NCBI GenBank assembly: GCA_964647995.1 | Contig: CAZYNP010000015.1 | Coordinates: 6,108-70,107, forward strand | Length of the DNA stretch: 64,000 bases | Direction: 5' to 3' | DNA from: an uncultured Cytophagia bacterium | Lineage (GTDB): Bacteria; Zhuqueibacterota; Zhuqueibacteria; Thermofontimicrobiales; Thermofontimicrobiaceae | Notes under the pieces: model-generated | Database searches by the model: none | The model's input: the letters and a program-made list of their open reading frames with translations, nothing else | Told to the model about the DNA's origin: nothing | Made by a program: the position numbers and the translations under genes | In this document: positions 9,507 to 20,189 of the stretch, piece after piece | Layout: each line of letters opens with the position of its first letter | How positions within the stretch are numbered: position 1 is the first letter of the stretch

Positions 9507-9942
9507 GATGGGAGATCTTCCAGGTCATCTTCTGAAACAATTTCCATATTGGCAGCGCCAGAAATTTATGAAACGGCTCATGGCGGTCGGGATAAGGGAA
9601 CTCATGATAAACTTTTAACACCTGGAGCGGTCCAAAGGCACGTTTGATTTCCCTGGAAGACATCCCATCCGGGGCCTTTATCTGGATGGTATCGGTGGCC
9701 TGCGATTTTCTAAGGATGATGATGCGGTCATCCGACTGCCATCGAACGAGTTCCTCCAGCGTAACGTCTTTTTTGAATTTAAGAAACTTTTCCATGATCC
9801 GAAAATCCCTCAAGTCAAATGCCAGTTGCAGTCCTCTGGCAGCAATTCGATGCTCATCCAAATTAGAAATCTCACATAATCTGTTTAGCCCATAAATGGC
9901 AGGCCAATGATATTTGTATTGGGAAATCAATTTTTCGGCCAC
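9499..9942 (-). CDS. Hypothetical protein (147 aa), no recognizable domain
   Basis: This is the only ORF of any size in the interval. It is convergent with and slightly overlaps the permease gene. Coding status is uncertain. Confidence 0.3.
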   Translation of the reverse strand: MAEKLISQYKYHWPAIYGLNRLCEISNLDEHRIAARGLQLAFDLRDFRIMEKFLKFKKDVTLEELVRWQSDDRIIILRKSQATDTIQIKAPDGMSSREIKRAFGPLQVLKVYHEFPYPDRHEPFHKFLALPIWKLFQKMTWKISHLN

Positions 9943-10325
9943 CCAACCTGGCGGGAGCAGACTGCAATTTGTTATCGAAAATGAATTGAATTATCCGGTT
10001 CAAATTCGTTGATCATTACAAACGGTAAGGCGTTGCCAGTGCGAATGGGCAGGTTAATTCCAAATAACCGTCAAACAGCGCCCCAGTTATGGTTCAAATT
10101 TTGACAATAGTATTCGCATTCGATGCTGCAAGCAAAGTATAATTATTCATTCAATCAATCGCAAGGATAAAAATGCCTATTACAAAATTATAATTCCCTT
10201 CTAATAAAGATCAACGATGATTCGATTCGAAAATATCACTCAAAAGTGTTGGCAGAAATTGCGATTTAACCTGTCGAATATAACAGGTTAGGCGTGGCTA
10301 TTAAGCAAATGTCCCCGCCGAAATT

Positions 10326-10362
10326 TACGCGTTCGCTCTTTCAAAATTGAAAGTGAACGCGC
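10326..10362 (-). terminator. Candidate terminator hairpin downstream of citF
   Basis: Imperfect inverted repeat gcgttcgctctttcaa / ttgaaagtgaacgcgc about 130 nt 3' of the citF stop on the minus strand. The U-tract is weak. Confidence 0.3.
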
Positions 10363-10489
10363 CAGGCTTGATCTCGCTCTCTGTGGATCAGGGATGACCA
10401 ATTGGTAAACAAACAACCTGGAGCGGTTGCTATGAGCAATAGAAAGGAATAGAGCCACCGATCTTCCCGAAAAATAGCGCCATTGAAAT

Positions 10490-12061
10490 TTAGGTTAAGG
10501 TTTGAACCTGATAGATGCTATCCAAAACGGTGCCATCGACCCACTTGACCACGGCTACGATTTTGGGCCCGAGTTGCGGTTTGTCCGGTTTGCCGCCGCA
10601 AATATCTTCAACCTCGGCCTGTATCTCTGGCAGCGAGCGAATGGGCAGCGAGGAATGGCGGGTGGCGTCAATCAAATCCTGGCGCAACGGATTGATGGCA
10701 ATGCCGCGTTCGGTGACGATGACGTCGATCAATTCGCCGGGCCCGCAGAGTGTGGTAACTTCATCCACGATGACTGGAATGCGATCCCGAAATGAAGGGA
10801 TAGGCAAAATGGTGCATTTTGAAAATAGGCAATTCTGCCAACCACCAATGCCATGAAGCAAGCGGCCATCGGAGTGCGTGACCACATTGGCGTTGAAATG
10901 AAGATCCACTTCTGTAGCACCCAAGACCACAACATCGACCAGGGATGAAAAATTGCCTTTGCTGTGGTAGTTATAGCTGGTGAACGGGCTGGTATTGACG
11001 TGCCGCGGGTTTTCGCGCATGGAGCGTACCCCTTCCAGATCGAAGGTCTGGCCGTCCAGGATATAATCGGTCAGCCCTTCTTCCAACATCTGAACCAGAT
11101 ATTGATTACTGCCCCCGCGAACGAAGCGCGCCCGGACTCCTTTTTCTTTCATCAAATCTCGCAAAAAAATGGCAAACGACAATGCTGTGCCCCCGGCGCC
11201 GGCTTGAAAGGAAAAACCGTCTTTCAAGATACCGGCTTCCTGGACGAAACGCGCGGCTAACTCAGCAATGAGCAGCCGATCGGGACTGCGAGTAATTTCG
11301 GTCGTGCCGGAAACGATCTTGGAGGGCTCACCGATTTTATCCATGACCACCACCATGTCGACATAGTTACCGTGGATTTGCCAGGGAATGCAGGGAAAAG
11401 GAACCAGGTTATCGGTGACGACAATTACTTTGTCGGCATATTGCGAATCGGCCAGCGCAAAGCCCAGCAGGCCGCAGGCGGAGGGCCCCATCACTCCATT
11501 GGCATTGCCAAAGGCATCGGCAGTTGGAGCGGCAATTACCGCAATGTCGATATGCACCTCGCCATCCTGAATCGCCTGGTAGCGACCGCCATGGGATCGC
11601 AGAACGGCCGTGCCGCGCATTTTGCCCTCAGAGCAATAATCTCCCAGCGGCCCATTCATCGACCCTTCGATATGATGGACCACCCCACTTTCCAGATGTC
11701 GCAGAATTGGCGCATGGCAGGGGAACGAGGCACTGGGAAACCAGATCAGGTCTTTAACACCAATTTCGGCAGCGGCATCGAAAATTTGATTGGCCACCAG
11801 ATCTCCGTTGCGAAAATGATGATGGGTGGATATCGTCATGCCATCCCTGATGCCAGCTTTGATGAGGGCACTTTTTAAATCGGGCACAATTTTATTGCCA
11901 TCCGCCGGATAATCGGCACAGGACGGGATGGGAGGCGCTGCCTTTCGGCCTTGCGGCCGATATTTGCCAATTCCCATGTAGGGAATCGCGGGAATACCGT
12001 TGATCGTAGCTGGCACGAAACGGCCAGCGGCATTTTTCACGAGCTGTTTATTTTGAGTCAT
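10490..12061 (-). CDS. citF: Citrate lyase alpha subunit (citrate CoA-transferase)
   Basis: Clear collinear similarity to E. coli CitF: DGMTISTHHHFRNGDL ~ DGMTVSFHHAFRGGDL; SHGGR; FGNANG; HGIAINP ~ HGIAVNP; IVAVVKWVDGTVLD ~ VVAVVRYRDGSVID. The start is set at the internal Met (MTQNK...) to limit overlap with citDE. Confidence 0.9.
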   Translation of the reverse strand: MTQNKQLVKNAAGRFVPATINGIPAIPYMGIGKYRPQGRKAAPPIPSCADYPADGNKIVPDLKSALIKAGIRDGMTISTHHHFRNGDLVANQIFDAAAEIGVKDLIWFPSASFPCHAPILRHLESGVVHHIEGSMNGPLGDYCSEGKMRGTAVLRSHGGRYQAIQDGEVHIDIAVIAAPTADAFGNANGVMGPSACGLLGFALADSQYADKVIVVTDNLVPFPCIPWQIHGNYVDMVVVMDKIGEPSKIVSGTTEITRSPDRLLIAELAARFVQEAGILKDGFSFQAGAGGTALSFAIFLRDLMKEKGVRARFVRGGSNQYLVQMLEEGLTDYILDGQTFDLEGVRSMRENPRHVNTSPFTSYNYHSKGNFSSLVDVVVLGATEVDLHFNANVVTHSDGRLLHGIGGWQNCLFSKCTILPIPSFRDRIPVIVDEVTTLCGPGELIDVIVTERGIAINPLRQDLIDATRHSSLPIRSLPEIQAEVEDICGGKPDKPQLGPKIVAVVKWVDGTVLDSIYQVQTLT

Positions 12062-13286
12062 GCGTCTCACCTCCTTCTCGCCAATTGGACGGTAATTTTC
12101 CGCTGTCAAGTGCCAATTTAATGGTACGAAGTGCTCGTTTTACTACTGGCGGATCGATCATTTTGCTGCCCAGGGAAACCACCGACCGGCCCTGGGCCTG
12201 AGCGTCTTCGAAGGCCAGAACGATCTTCTGGGCTTTTTCAATTTCTTCTGGAGTGGGGGCAAACGCATCATGAATCACCGCAATCTGGCGTGGATGAATG
12301 CAGCCTTTGCCATCGAAACCCAGTGATCGGGCATCGAGTACGCTCTGGCGCAAACCTTCCATGTCATTAACATCAGAAAAAACCGTATCAATGGGCTGAA
12401 TGCCCGCGGCTCGCGCCGCATTCACCACCTGGCAGCGGGCCCAATAGCTTTCTCGACCCTCGGCGGTGCGCTGGGTGCCAATATCGGCGGTATAATCTTC
12501 CAGGCCGATCGCCAGAGCGACATTATTTGCCGAAGCAGTGGCAATTTCATAGGCGTTGATAACGCCCAGGGCGCTTTCAATGATCGGCATGAAAAAGATC
12601 GGCATTGACAGACGCTGCTCGGTCTGAATTTGGGCAATGGCGGCGGCGACCGCGTGAACCTGTTCTGCTGTCTCGCACTTGGGGATTAAAATCGTATGCA
12701 CATAGTGGGGAATCAGATAGTTCAAATCTTCCAGTCCTCGTGGAATCTGATTGATCCGAACCATACGCTCGGCGCCGTGAAAATTGAGCTGCCGCAGCGC
12801 ATTGCGCACCAGGCATTGAGCGGCATCTTTCTCCGCCGGAGCCACACTGTCTTCCAAATCCAGGATGATACCATCCGGTTTGTGAAGACCGGCGTTAATC
12901 ATAAATTTCGGTTCGTTGCCCGGTAAATAAAGTCGCGAACGCCGAAAGCGATCGCGAGTCGTCTCGTAGCAGCAATATTCTTTCAATTCCGGCAGCCATT
13001 GCAGGCCCCGGTCCTTTTTCAAGCGCCGCACGGCGGTTTCTAATCGGGCCATGATGGCAAACGGCAACGCGCCGCTGTCCACCAATTCGATCCGGGCATG
13101 TTCAATTCCGAAAAAGGCCATGCATGTCGTTAATAGTTCATCGATGGCTGCACCATACAAGACATTGACCTTGCTTTCTTTTTCAAATTGGATTCCCCCA
13201 CTATCGGTTAGCGTAATTCGGATCCAGCAATCGGAACGAACGTCCGGACCTTTCCTGCCGGCTTCGGCAGATGCATTCATAACCAC
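12048..13286 (-). CDS. Citrate lyase gamma (acyl-carrier, CitD) and beta (citryl-ACP lyase, CitE) fusion protein
   Basis: 412 aa. The N-terminal ~95 aa resemble CitD (IRITLTDSGGIQ..., with a prosthetic-group Ser in an ESGD-like context). The remainder is an HpcH/HpaI/CitE-family TIM-barrel lyase. Confidence 0.75.
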   Translation of the reverse strand: MVMNASAEAGRKGPDVRSDCWIRITLTDSGGIQFEKESKVNVLYGAAIDELLTTCMAFFGIEHARIELVDSGALPFAIMARLETAVRRLKKDRGLQWLPELKEYCCYETTRDRFRRSRLYLPGNEPKFMINAGLHKPDGIILDLEDSVAPAEKDAAQCLVRNALRQLNFHGAERMVRINQIPRGLEDLNYLIPHYVHTILIPKCETAEQVHAVAAAIAQIQTEQRLSMPIFFMPIIESALGVINAYEIATASANNVALAIGLEDYTADIGTQRTAEGRESYWARCQVVNAARAAGIQPIDTVFSDVNDMEGLRQSVLDARSLGFDGKGCIHPRQIAVIHDAFAPTPEEIEKAQKIVLAFEDAQAQGRSVVSLGSKMIDPPVVKRALRTIKLALDSGKLPSNWREGGETHDSK

Positions 13287-13593
13287 CCCTCCTTGACAAA
13301 AAATGATTTGACATTGCCCATCATTTTTGATATATTTGGCATTCCAATATACAAAAATCTTGCAACGAACACAATAAAAATATTTCCAGTGGTGGCTGGC
13401 AGCGCTGGCTGCCAGTCGGTGGCTAAGTACTCGCCTGGCAAGACAATTGGGGATCCACCGGAAGATCTCTCATTCAAAGAAGCCAATTGCTGCTCAATGA
13501 CCAAAATTCTGGCCCAACGGGCAAAGGCTGGTTGGCTTTCCGACTTCGAGATTTTCGTGTGGTTCTAACCAGCGGGTCACGCTCAGGCAAAAA

Positions 13594-14286
13594 ATGGAAA
13601 CAGAAATGGCCGGAAAACATCAACAACCACAAGTCGCTGCGATAGTGATGGCGTTGGAGGAACGGTTTGGTATCCCACAGCGCACCGAGGTAATGGATCC
13701 GCTGAGCAATCTGATGCTCACGATTCTCTCTCAAAATACGAATGATAAAAATCGGGATCAGGCCTATCGCCGGCTGCGCGAACGATTTCCAGGCTGGGAA
13801 GATGTGATGCGAGCAGATGTGAACGCCATCGAAGAGGCCATTCGACCGGGAGGATTGGCCCGGCAGAAGAGTGAGCGCATCCAAAACATTCTGAACTGGA
13901 TTGAGGAACGATATGGCCGACTTAATCTGGATGTTCTCTGCCAGATGCAACCGCAACAGGCGATTGATCTATTCTGTCAACTCAAAGGGGTCGGAGTGAA
14001 GACGATCAGCGTGGTGCTGATGTTTTCCTGCGGCATGGATATTTTCCCGGTGGACACGCATGTCCATCGGATTTGTCGGCGGCTGGGATTGGTGCCGGAT
14101 AAGGCCTCTGCCGAAAAAACCTTCTGGCTGATGAGACCCCTGGTGCCGGCTCAAAAGTCATTTTCATTGCACATGAATCTGCTCCGCCTGGGCAGAACCA
14201 TCTGCCTGGCACGCAAGCCCCGCTGCGAGCAGTGTCCGCTATCTGCCTATTGCCATTTTTACCGGCAGGCGGTCAATCGAAAATAA
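13594..14286 (+). CDS. nth: Endonuclease III (HhH-GPD DNA glycosylase with [4Fe-4S] cluster)
   Basis: HhH motif LKGVGVKTISVV, VDTHVHRICRRLGL, and the C-terminal Cys cluster C-x6-C-x2-C-x5-C (CLARKPRCEQCPLSAYC). Confidence 0.85.
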   Translation: METEMAGKHQQPQVAAIVMALEERFGIPQRTEVMDPLSNLMLTILSQNTNDKNRDQAYRRLRERFPGWEDVMRADVNAIEEAIRPGGLARQKSERIQNILNWIEERYGRLNLDVLCQMQPQQAIDLFCQLKGVGVKTISVVLMFSCGMDIFPVDTHVHRICRRLGLVPDKASAEKTFWLMRPLVPAQKSFSLHMNLLRLGRTICLARKPRCEQCPLSAYCHFYRQAVNRK

Positions 14287-14404
14287 CAGGAGCTCAGCAC
14301 CACCACCAACCTGGATTCCAATAACCCGATTGGCATTTAACCAAAACCGCCATTGTCATCAGGCTGCTGACAATGGCGGTCGCGTTCGGCGGTCAGCGGG
14401 CACC

Positions 14405-16450
14405 TCAACTGGAGGTGCCATTTTCGATTTTGCCGACCATCGGAATAAGCAACTCGTCATCGGAATTCAGTTGTTCCAGATTTTTATTGGGATTATATTT
14501 CAAAACCAGCCAGTAGGGAATTTCATAAACCTGATTGCACAAGTACCAGATATTTTCGCCCCGCTTGATTTTATGGACCACCACGCTGTCCACCCTAAAA
14601 GAAGCAAAAAAGTCCTCTTCAATGCCGCGATGGTATTCGTTCCGTTTCTGCTGAAATTCCTTTTCCGTGACTACTCCAAACGGGATTTTGATTTTTTGAT
14701 TCAAATGGATTTCAACACCGTAACGCAGGCCGTTTAGATTGCGAAGCAATTGGGTCGGGACCCCGAGCCAATCGGCATAGTGTCCCAGCGTCTCCTCGGG
14801 TTGCACGTAAATGTAACCAAACGTAGGTTTCAACCCGCTCGAGGTCGACGCCGCCGCGACACTGGTGGATGGCGTTGACGGAGCGGTTCTCGATTCAGCC
14901 ACGATATCTTTGGGCATCGACTTGGGAGGCGTAGGTTTCGGCTCGACTGCTGGTTTGGTCGGAGGCGTTGCGATTCGGTCTCGTTGCTCGGCCAGCACGG
15001 GTGGCCGGGACGCCGGTGGTCGTTGGATCTCTGATGTCCCTGTCCACCTGGAGGCGGCGCTATCCACGGTGGTGCTGGTGGCAACTGCAGCCGGTGCAGG
15101 CGCTTCTGTTTTTAGTTTTAGTACCTGTCCCGCGCGGATTTTATGCGGGTTATCAATTTCATTCAATTCCAGAATTCGGTCGACGGTGGTTTGATAGCGC
15201 CGGGCGATGGCCGCCAGATTGTCGCCGGCTTGCACTTGATACCACTCGGTGGCGATGGGTTCTTCTGGCTCCGGTGCCGGAATTTGGGCCGCTGCCAGCC
15301 GCGCATCGAAATCTTCGCGTGGCGGGATGCGCAGGGCAAAACCTTTTGGCAAAGCACGACTGGAGTTCAACACGGTTTTTCGGAGCGATGGATTGAGCCG
15401 CTCGATGTCCTTTACCGAGAGATTCAATTGTTTAGCCAGTGTCGCCAATTTGACATTATTGGGTACTTCGAACACGATGTATTTATCTGGCGTGTCAAAT
15501 TGAATATCGCCAAAGTACTGTTTATAATTTTTTCGAACTTCGACCGCAGCCAGGAATTCGGCGTAAAAATTGCTGGAAGCAAATTTGAAATTTCGACTCT
15601 TGTAATTGCTTACAATGACGCCGAGATCCGTGGTCCCCAACTGGGAAACCGCGCGTTGCATGCCGTTTACGCCATGATTGTAAGCGGTGATGGCCAGTGG
15701 CCACGCGCCCAGGGTTTCATAGTTTTCGCGCAGAAGTTTGGCCGCGGCTTCGGTCGAAAGATACGGATCGAATCGCTCATCCACCAGATAGTCGATGCGG
15801 AGAAATCGGCGACCGGTGCTGCGGGTAAATTGCCAGATGCCAGCCGCACCGAATTTGGAATAGGCGCGCAGATTGAAGGACGATTCCACATGTGGCAAGG
15901 CCATGAGTTCCTGAGGGATATTGTATTGAGCGAAAATTTCCTGAATATGAGGAGCGTATTTGCCGGAAATGATCAAGCCCTGGCGAAATCGGTCGCGCAA
16001 ACCTTGTTGGGAGCGCACATTTTCCGCTGCTCGTTGGAATCTGGCCGGCGAGGCTTCTGATTGATACAAATTGTAGACTTTCAGTTCCTCAGGAGTCAAA
16101 GCCGCTGGGTCGACCGGGCCCCGGGCAGCCAGGCGCAGCAAAATGGAGCGATAGTTATCCCGAACCCGTTCCGCAGTTCGCCTGCTACTTCGGGAATAAG
16201 CCGAGAAATCGCTGTCAAATTCATCCGCGTTAACAACTTCAAAAATGATAGTTAGATCTTCCGCATCATGAATCACAAATTGATTGCTATTATAAACTGA
16301 AAAAATCTTGATCCAGAATTGCACATTTTGTTTCAAATTCTCGGGCACTGGAAAAGTCTCGTTGCCACCATCGAACGCCAATAAATGTATTGAACTGAAA
16401 CATGTCATCATCCAGATGATGATACAATTGATCCACAGCCGTCTCATCAT
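14405..16450 (-). CDS. Membrane-bound lytic murein transglycosylase D-like (SLT domain plus LysM repeats)
   Basis: Start set at MMRRLWINCIIIWMM..., which gives a signal peptide. SLT-domain motifs are present (AYNHGVNG) and LysM repeats at the C-terminus (YQVQAGDNLAAIARRY...; YVQPEETLGHYADWLGV). Confidence 0.8.
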   Translation of the reverse strand: MMRRLWINCIIIWMMTCFSSIHLLAFDGGNETFPVPENLKQNVQFWIKIFSVYNSNQFVIHDAEDLTIIFEVVNADEFDSDFSAYSRSSRRTAERVRDNYRSILLRLAARGPVDPAALTPEELKVYNLYQSEASPARFQRAAENVRSQQGLRDRFRQGLIISGKYAPHIQEIFAQYNIPQELMALPHVESSFNLRAYSKFGAAGIWQFTRSTGRRFLRIDYLVDERFDPYLSTEAAAKLLRENYETLGAWPLAITAYNHGVNGMQRAVSQLGTTDLGVIVSNYKSRNFKFASSNFYAEFLAAVEVRKNYKQYFGDIQFDTPDKYIVFEVPNNVKLATLAKQLNLSVKDIERLNPSLRKTVLNSSRALPKGFALRIPPREDFDARLAAAQIPAPEPEEPIATEWYQVQAGDNLAAIARRYQTTVDRILELNEIDNPHKIRAGQVLKLKTEAPAPAAVATSTTVDSAASRWTGTSEIQRPPASRPPVLAEQRDRIATPPTKPAVEPKPTPPKSMPKDIVAESRTAPSTPSTSVAAASTSSGLKPTFGYIYVQPEETLGHYADWLGVPTQLLRNLNGLRYGVEIHLNQKIKIPFGVVTEKEFQQKRNEYHRGIEEDFFASFRVDSVVVHKIKRGENIWYLCNQVYEIPYWLVLKYNPNKNLEQLNSDDELLIPMVGKIENGTSS

Positions 16451-16647
16451 GCCCAATGCTCCCTCAACCTGGTGTTTGTTGTCGTTGAACTTAGTTGCGC
16501 TTTTAGTTTGATAAATTAAACATCTTTTGACGCGTGAAGTTTCACCGCCATTTTTACAAAAAAAATGCCATGCGCTGTTGGGACAGGTATAAAAAAGCCG
16601 TTGGCTCCCACTGGATCCCAACGGCGCAAATAGAAAACCAAGGCAAT

Positions 16648-17136
16648 TTAATCGATCAAACCATCGACATTTAGCTCTTCCTCGGTATACTCGTCTGGAT
16701 TGATAAATTGAACATTGCGCGGGTCGTTTTGAATCATCCGCTCCAGAGCGCCGATCAGTTCCTCTTTATTCATTTGATACAATTGTTCGACCGTATGGCC
16801 GATATTTAGAAAATCTTGATGATCGTTGATCCAGGAATAGAGAAACGCGACAATGTGCTTGCAGGCGCCCTCCCGGGTGCCACAGGTGCAGGAACTCATA
16901 ATTTCATGCTCGCTGACCACAATTTGAACATGAAACTCTTCCAGGTATTCCCGAATGGTGCCGGAGATGCGATTTTTGTAAACCGCCGCTCGTACAATCT
17001 GACCGTTGCAATAATAATCCCATCCTTCGCCGTTAGCACTCTCTTGATCTAAAATACTAACCTGCCGCTCGGTAATGGCTTTTAACTCGGGCGCAATCTC
17101 ATATTCTTCTTTAATGAATGCCATGATTTTCATCAA
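16648..17136 (-). CDS. SWIM zinc-finger domain protein (stand-alone, 162 aa)
   Basis: A CxCx6CxH SWIM signature (SCTCGTREGACKHIVAFLYSW). It is the last gene of the minus-strand rSAM/PHP block. Confidence 0.55.
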   Translation of the reverse strand: MMKIMAFIKEEYEIAPELKAITERQVSILDQESANGEGWDYYCNGQIVRAAVYKNRISGTIREYLEEFHVQIVVSEHEIMSSCTCGTREGACKHIVAFLYSWINDHQDFLNIGHTVEQLYQMNKEELIGALERMIQNDPRNVQFINPDEYTEEELNVDGLID

Positions 17137-17413
17137 CCAAATGCTTGTTTTACGATTGTTACCGTTTCAATATATGCTATTATCGGGAAAAAATCAAGCG
17201 GTTTTTTGAGCTGAATTCACTCGATCGCGACCGCCCTGCGGGCATGATTACGCTTAAGTAAATGACCCGCAACGTGCCAGTCAGAGAAATCTTCGCCTGG
17301 CTGACTGCAAAAATGAGGCCGTGATACCAGGGCCAATCTTGTTGGAATTGGGGAAGTCGAGGCATTGAGATGGATATTCTCGATGCGCAGCATTTGTCGC
17401 GCGGCGACTGTCT

Positions 17414-19117
17414 CTATTTTGGGCCTTCGAACCAAATGGGAGTGGTCAAGCAGCGAGATGTTCGACCATCGGGCAGTTGGGCTTGCAAATCCAGCCTGAG
17501 ATAGCCTGCGGATGTCGGCGGATGCACACGATGCTGGAAGGAAAACTGATAGGGCTGTGAAAATTTTTCGATGGTCAAAATGGCTCGCTCCTGTTTTGCA
17601 ATCAGGTCGCCACAGTGGATGACAAGTGATTGCAGTCGGCCAAATTCGGCAGTGGATTGGCAATTGATGAACAGCTCGAAGTGACGACTCCTGATGGTGT
17701 CGCCGATGCCGGCCGGTGCTCCATGCGATTCCAGCGATCGGGCCTGAACATCCACCATGGGCCCGTTGCTAATGACGGTGCGCCAGCTCTTGACGGCTTC
17801 GATTAGCTGCGGCAAGTTAAAATGAGGGGCTACTCTCACGCCGGTTCGCATCTTCCCAAAGAGCTGCGATTCGGATTCGGCAAAGGTAAAAAATGGGAAT
17901 CCGATCTGGCGAAAGCGATTGAAGTTGCCATGCGCGTCGTTGCCCGCAATCAGGCTTATTTTGTGACCAGTTAGTAGCAATTTTCGCCAGGCATCTGGCT
18001 GTCGCTGAAATGAATGATCTTCTTCGCCATTCCATAGCTGGTAACCATGCAAATTTTTATGCTCGAAGTCGGATCGGTGCCAGCGGCCCCGGCGGATGAG
18101 AAGCCATTGCAGCCACGGGACGCTCATCTCCGGATGGGCGGCGACGGCCAGGGCATTGTTTTCCAATTGATTGAGAATCTGTGGGATGGAGAGATCGGGC
18201 CGGGTGCGCAGCCAGCGTTCGGCACTGTCACCCTTGCCCGGGAAAAATTGCTGGTTGTTCAAAACAAGTAGATGAACGTTGCGATGATTCCGGTTACCAG
18301 CCGAGACCTCCTCCCCGGGGATGATGACGAAGTTGCTGAACTGATGATTGATCCGGGCGACTTCGGTTAGCATGCGGTGCCATTTGGGCAGACGAGCATC
18401 ATTGTCAATCCAGGAGTCTTCTCGATCATCCAGATCGTAGGAGTGATCGGTGACGGCGAAGAAATTCAAACCCAGCGCCTGAGCCATGGCGACGGCCACC
18501 TCCAGCGGCGCACCAAATTCGACCTGGTCTTCGGTATGATGGCTATGATAATGAAAATCGCCCCAATACCAATTTCGCTCCCGGGGCAGTGGCTCGCTGG
18601 CGAGATAGGTTTTCAGGGGACGATGGGATGAGAGGCGGTAATTGTCGTTGCGATAGGACTTGATCTGACCAGCGACTTCGATGATCAGCTCGACATCGAT
18701 GGACAGGTCGCCCGTCACATCGGCCATTGGTTCTAAATAAAAGATGCGATGCCAGAGTCGTTCTCCGGCGATCTGGGTGTTCAGTTGAAATGTCTGCTGC
18801 CGCAACAATTGCTGAGCGGTCTGCAAGGTGATAGCAACTTTGATGAGTTTGATCGGATAGCGATGGGCGTCTTTGATCAACACCAGCACCGGGATGGCCT
18901 GGCCGGGTTCGATCCGGAACGGTGCATCGGCGATGATTTCCGGCTCTTGTTTGAAAAGAAAACTTGGGATGCCCTTGAATTTGTAATGGGTTTCGGCATA
19001 GAGAATAATCGGCAAAAGATAATCCAGATTAAAATCGATCATAAAACCCTTCTCGAAGAATTTGTTATCCTGCCAGCCGATGATCATCAGAGCCGTGCGG
19101 TCTATCGCCAGCGGCAA
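17414..19117 (-). CDS. PHP-domain (CehA/McbA-like) metal-dependent phosphoesterase with an N-terminal ~180-aa domain of unknown function
   Basis: GDFHYHSHHTEDQ...AVTDHSY... shows the His-rich metal-binding motifs of the PHP/amidohydrolase-like family. Its 5' end overlaps the radical-SAM gene by 16 nt. Confidence 0.55.
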   Translation of the reverse strand: MPLAIDRTALMIIGWQDNKFFEKGFMIDFNLDYLLPIILYAETHYKFKGIPSFLFKQEPEIIADAPFRIEPGQAIPVLVLIKDAHRYPIKLIKVAITLQTAQQLLRQQTFQLNTQIAGERLWHRIFYLEPMADVTGDLSIDVELIIEVAGQIKSYRNDNYRLSSHRPLKTYLASEPLPRERNWYWGDFHYHSHHTEDQVEFGAPLEVAVAMAQALGLNFFAVTDHSYDLDDREDSWIDNDARLPKWHRMLTEVARINHQFSNFVIIPGEEVSAGNRNHRNVHLLVLNNQQFFPGKGDSAERWLRTRPDLSIPQILNQLENNALAVAAHPEMSVPWLQWLLIRRGRWHRSDFEHKNLHGYQLWNGEEDHSFQRQPDAWRKLLLTGHKISLIAGNDAHGNFNRFRQIGFPFFTFAESESQLFGKMRTGVRVAPHFNLPQLIEAVKSWRTVISNGPMVDVQARSLESHGAPAGIGDTIRSRHFELFINCQSTAEFGRLQSLVIHCGDLIAKQERAILTIEKFSQPYQFSFQHRVHPPTSAGYLRLDLQAQLPDGRTSRCLTTPIWFEGPK

Positions 19118-20139
19118 AATTTATCCAAACCATATTTGAGCTTCGAAATCAAGCTCCAGGCCCAAAAACGATCCAGCTTGTACAGAAACGAAGGATCAAA
19201 ATAACAATTGATCGTGCAACCGTCACAGAAAGGAAAAGTTCCCTGTTGCGCTTTCATGGCTTGATGCTCATGAGTGCCGAGACGTTGCATTAAATTGGAT
19301 TGAATCGGCAGGGCGAGCTGAGCATGATGATAGCAGGGGAGCAGCAATTCGTTTTTGGGTGAAATAACGATGGTAGCAGTAACCGCCCGACAACGGGGGA
19401 AATGCCGTTGGTTTCCACCATAGCGTATTAATTGATGGAGCGCCTGATTGATGTACACGAAAGGCTGATATTGAAAGCGATCCAGATAATTGAGATCATG
19501 GGGCGATAATGGCTGCTGCTGGTGATATTTGAAAACGGGGTTGACGATGAGAATCAATTGTTGGGATTGAGCAAAGCGGGCGAGCTTGTCGATGGCACGC
19601 ACATTGTGGGGGGTGACGGTAAACAACAGATCAGGTTTTTCGCCCAGCATTCTGGCCATGGACAGGCTGGTCATTACGCTGGCAAACGAATGACGCCCGC
19701 GCAGACGATCGTTTTCGGCAGCATTCATCGAATCCAGGGAAAAGTGCAGCAAATCAACCAGCCCGGCAATCTCTCGGGCGCGTTGGGGATAAAGCAGACA
19801 GTTGGTAGTCACCGAAGTATAAAACCCCCATTGTCGCGCAAGTTTCAACATGGCCGGCAATTCGGGATGCAGCAGCGGCTCACCGCCAGTGAAGTCGATG
19901 AAGCGAACGCCAATTGCTTTGAGCTGAGGTAAATTGGTTGCGACGTCGCTCAGGGAGCAATCACGTGCGGTTTGCTGCCGGAGCCGATTGGGAATATCGC
20001 AATAGGCACAATGGGCATTGCAGCGCTCGGTGATGTAATAATTGCAGAGAATTGGTTTCATTCTATCGCCTGTTAGAACTACCTCTAAAATCGAACCGAT
20101 GCCACGGCCAGTTTGTGATATTTGGTCTGTTATCAACAA
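19102..20139 (-). CDS. Radical SAM enzyme with a C-terminal SPASM/twitch-like Cys cluster
   Basis: N-terminal CNAHCAYC (CxxxCxxC) and the FTGGEPLL glycine-rich SAM motif. Additional C-terminal cysteines sit in CDGCTINCY. Confidence 0.85.
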   Translation of the reverse strand: MLITDQISQTGRGIGSILEVVLTGDRMKPILCNYYITERCNAHCAYCDIPNRLRQQTARDCSLSDVATNLPQLKAIGVRFIDFTGGEPLLHPELPAMLKLARQWGFYTSVTTNCLLYPQRAREIAGLVDLLHFSLDSMNAAENDRLRGRHSFASVMTSLSMARMLGEKPDLLFTVTPHNVRAIDKLARFAQSQQLILIVNPVFKYHQQQPLSPHDLNYLDRFQYQPFVYINQALHQLIRYGGNQRHFPRCRAVTATIVISPKNELLLPCYHHAQLALPIQSNLMQRLGTHEHQAMKAQQGTFPFCDGCTINCYFDPSFLYKLDRFWAWSLISKLKYGLDKFCRWR

Positions 20140-20189
20140 TCGGTTGGATGAACTTCAGTGGCAGGTGGCCACAGCCCCCGCGGCGATAG

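Noticed and set aside
11372-11878. 168-aa plus-strand ORF inside citF, plus other 60-200-aa antisense ORFs within ptsI, leuCD, deoC and the TamB-like gene
   Set aside because: All are embedded antisense in confidently assigned genes and have biased, low-complexity translations.
15143-16060. 305-aa ORF on the plus strand
   Set aside because: It is entirely antisense to the well-supported MltD-like gene, has low-complexity composition (R/G/F-rich) and no domain signal.
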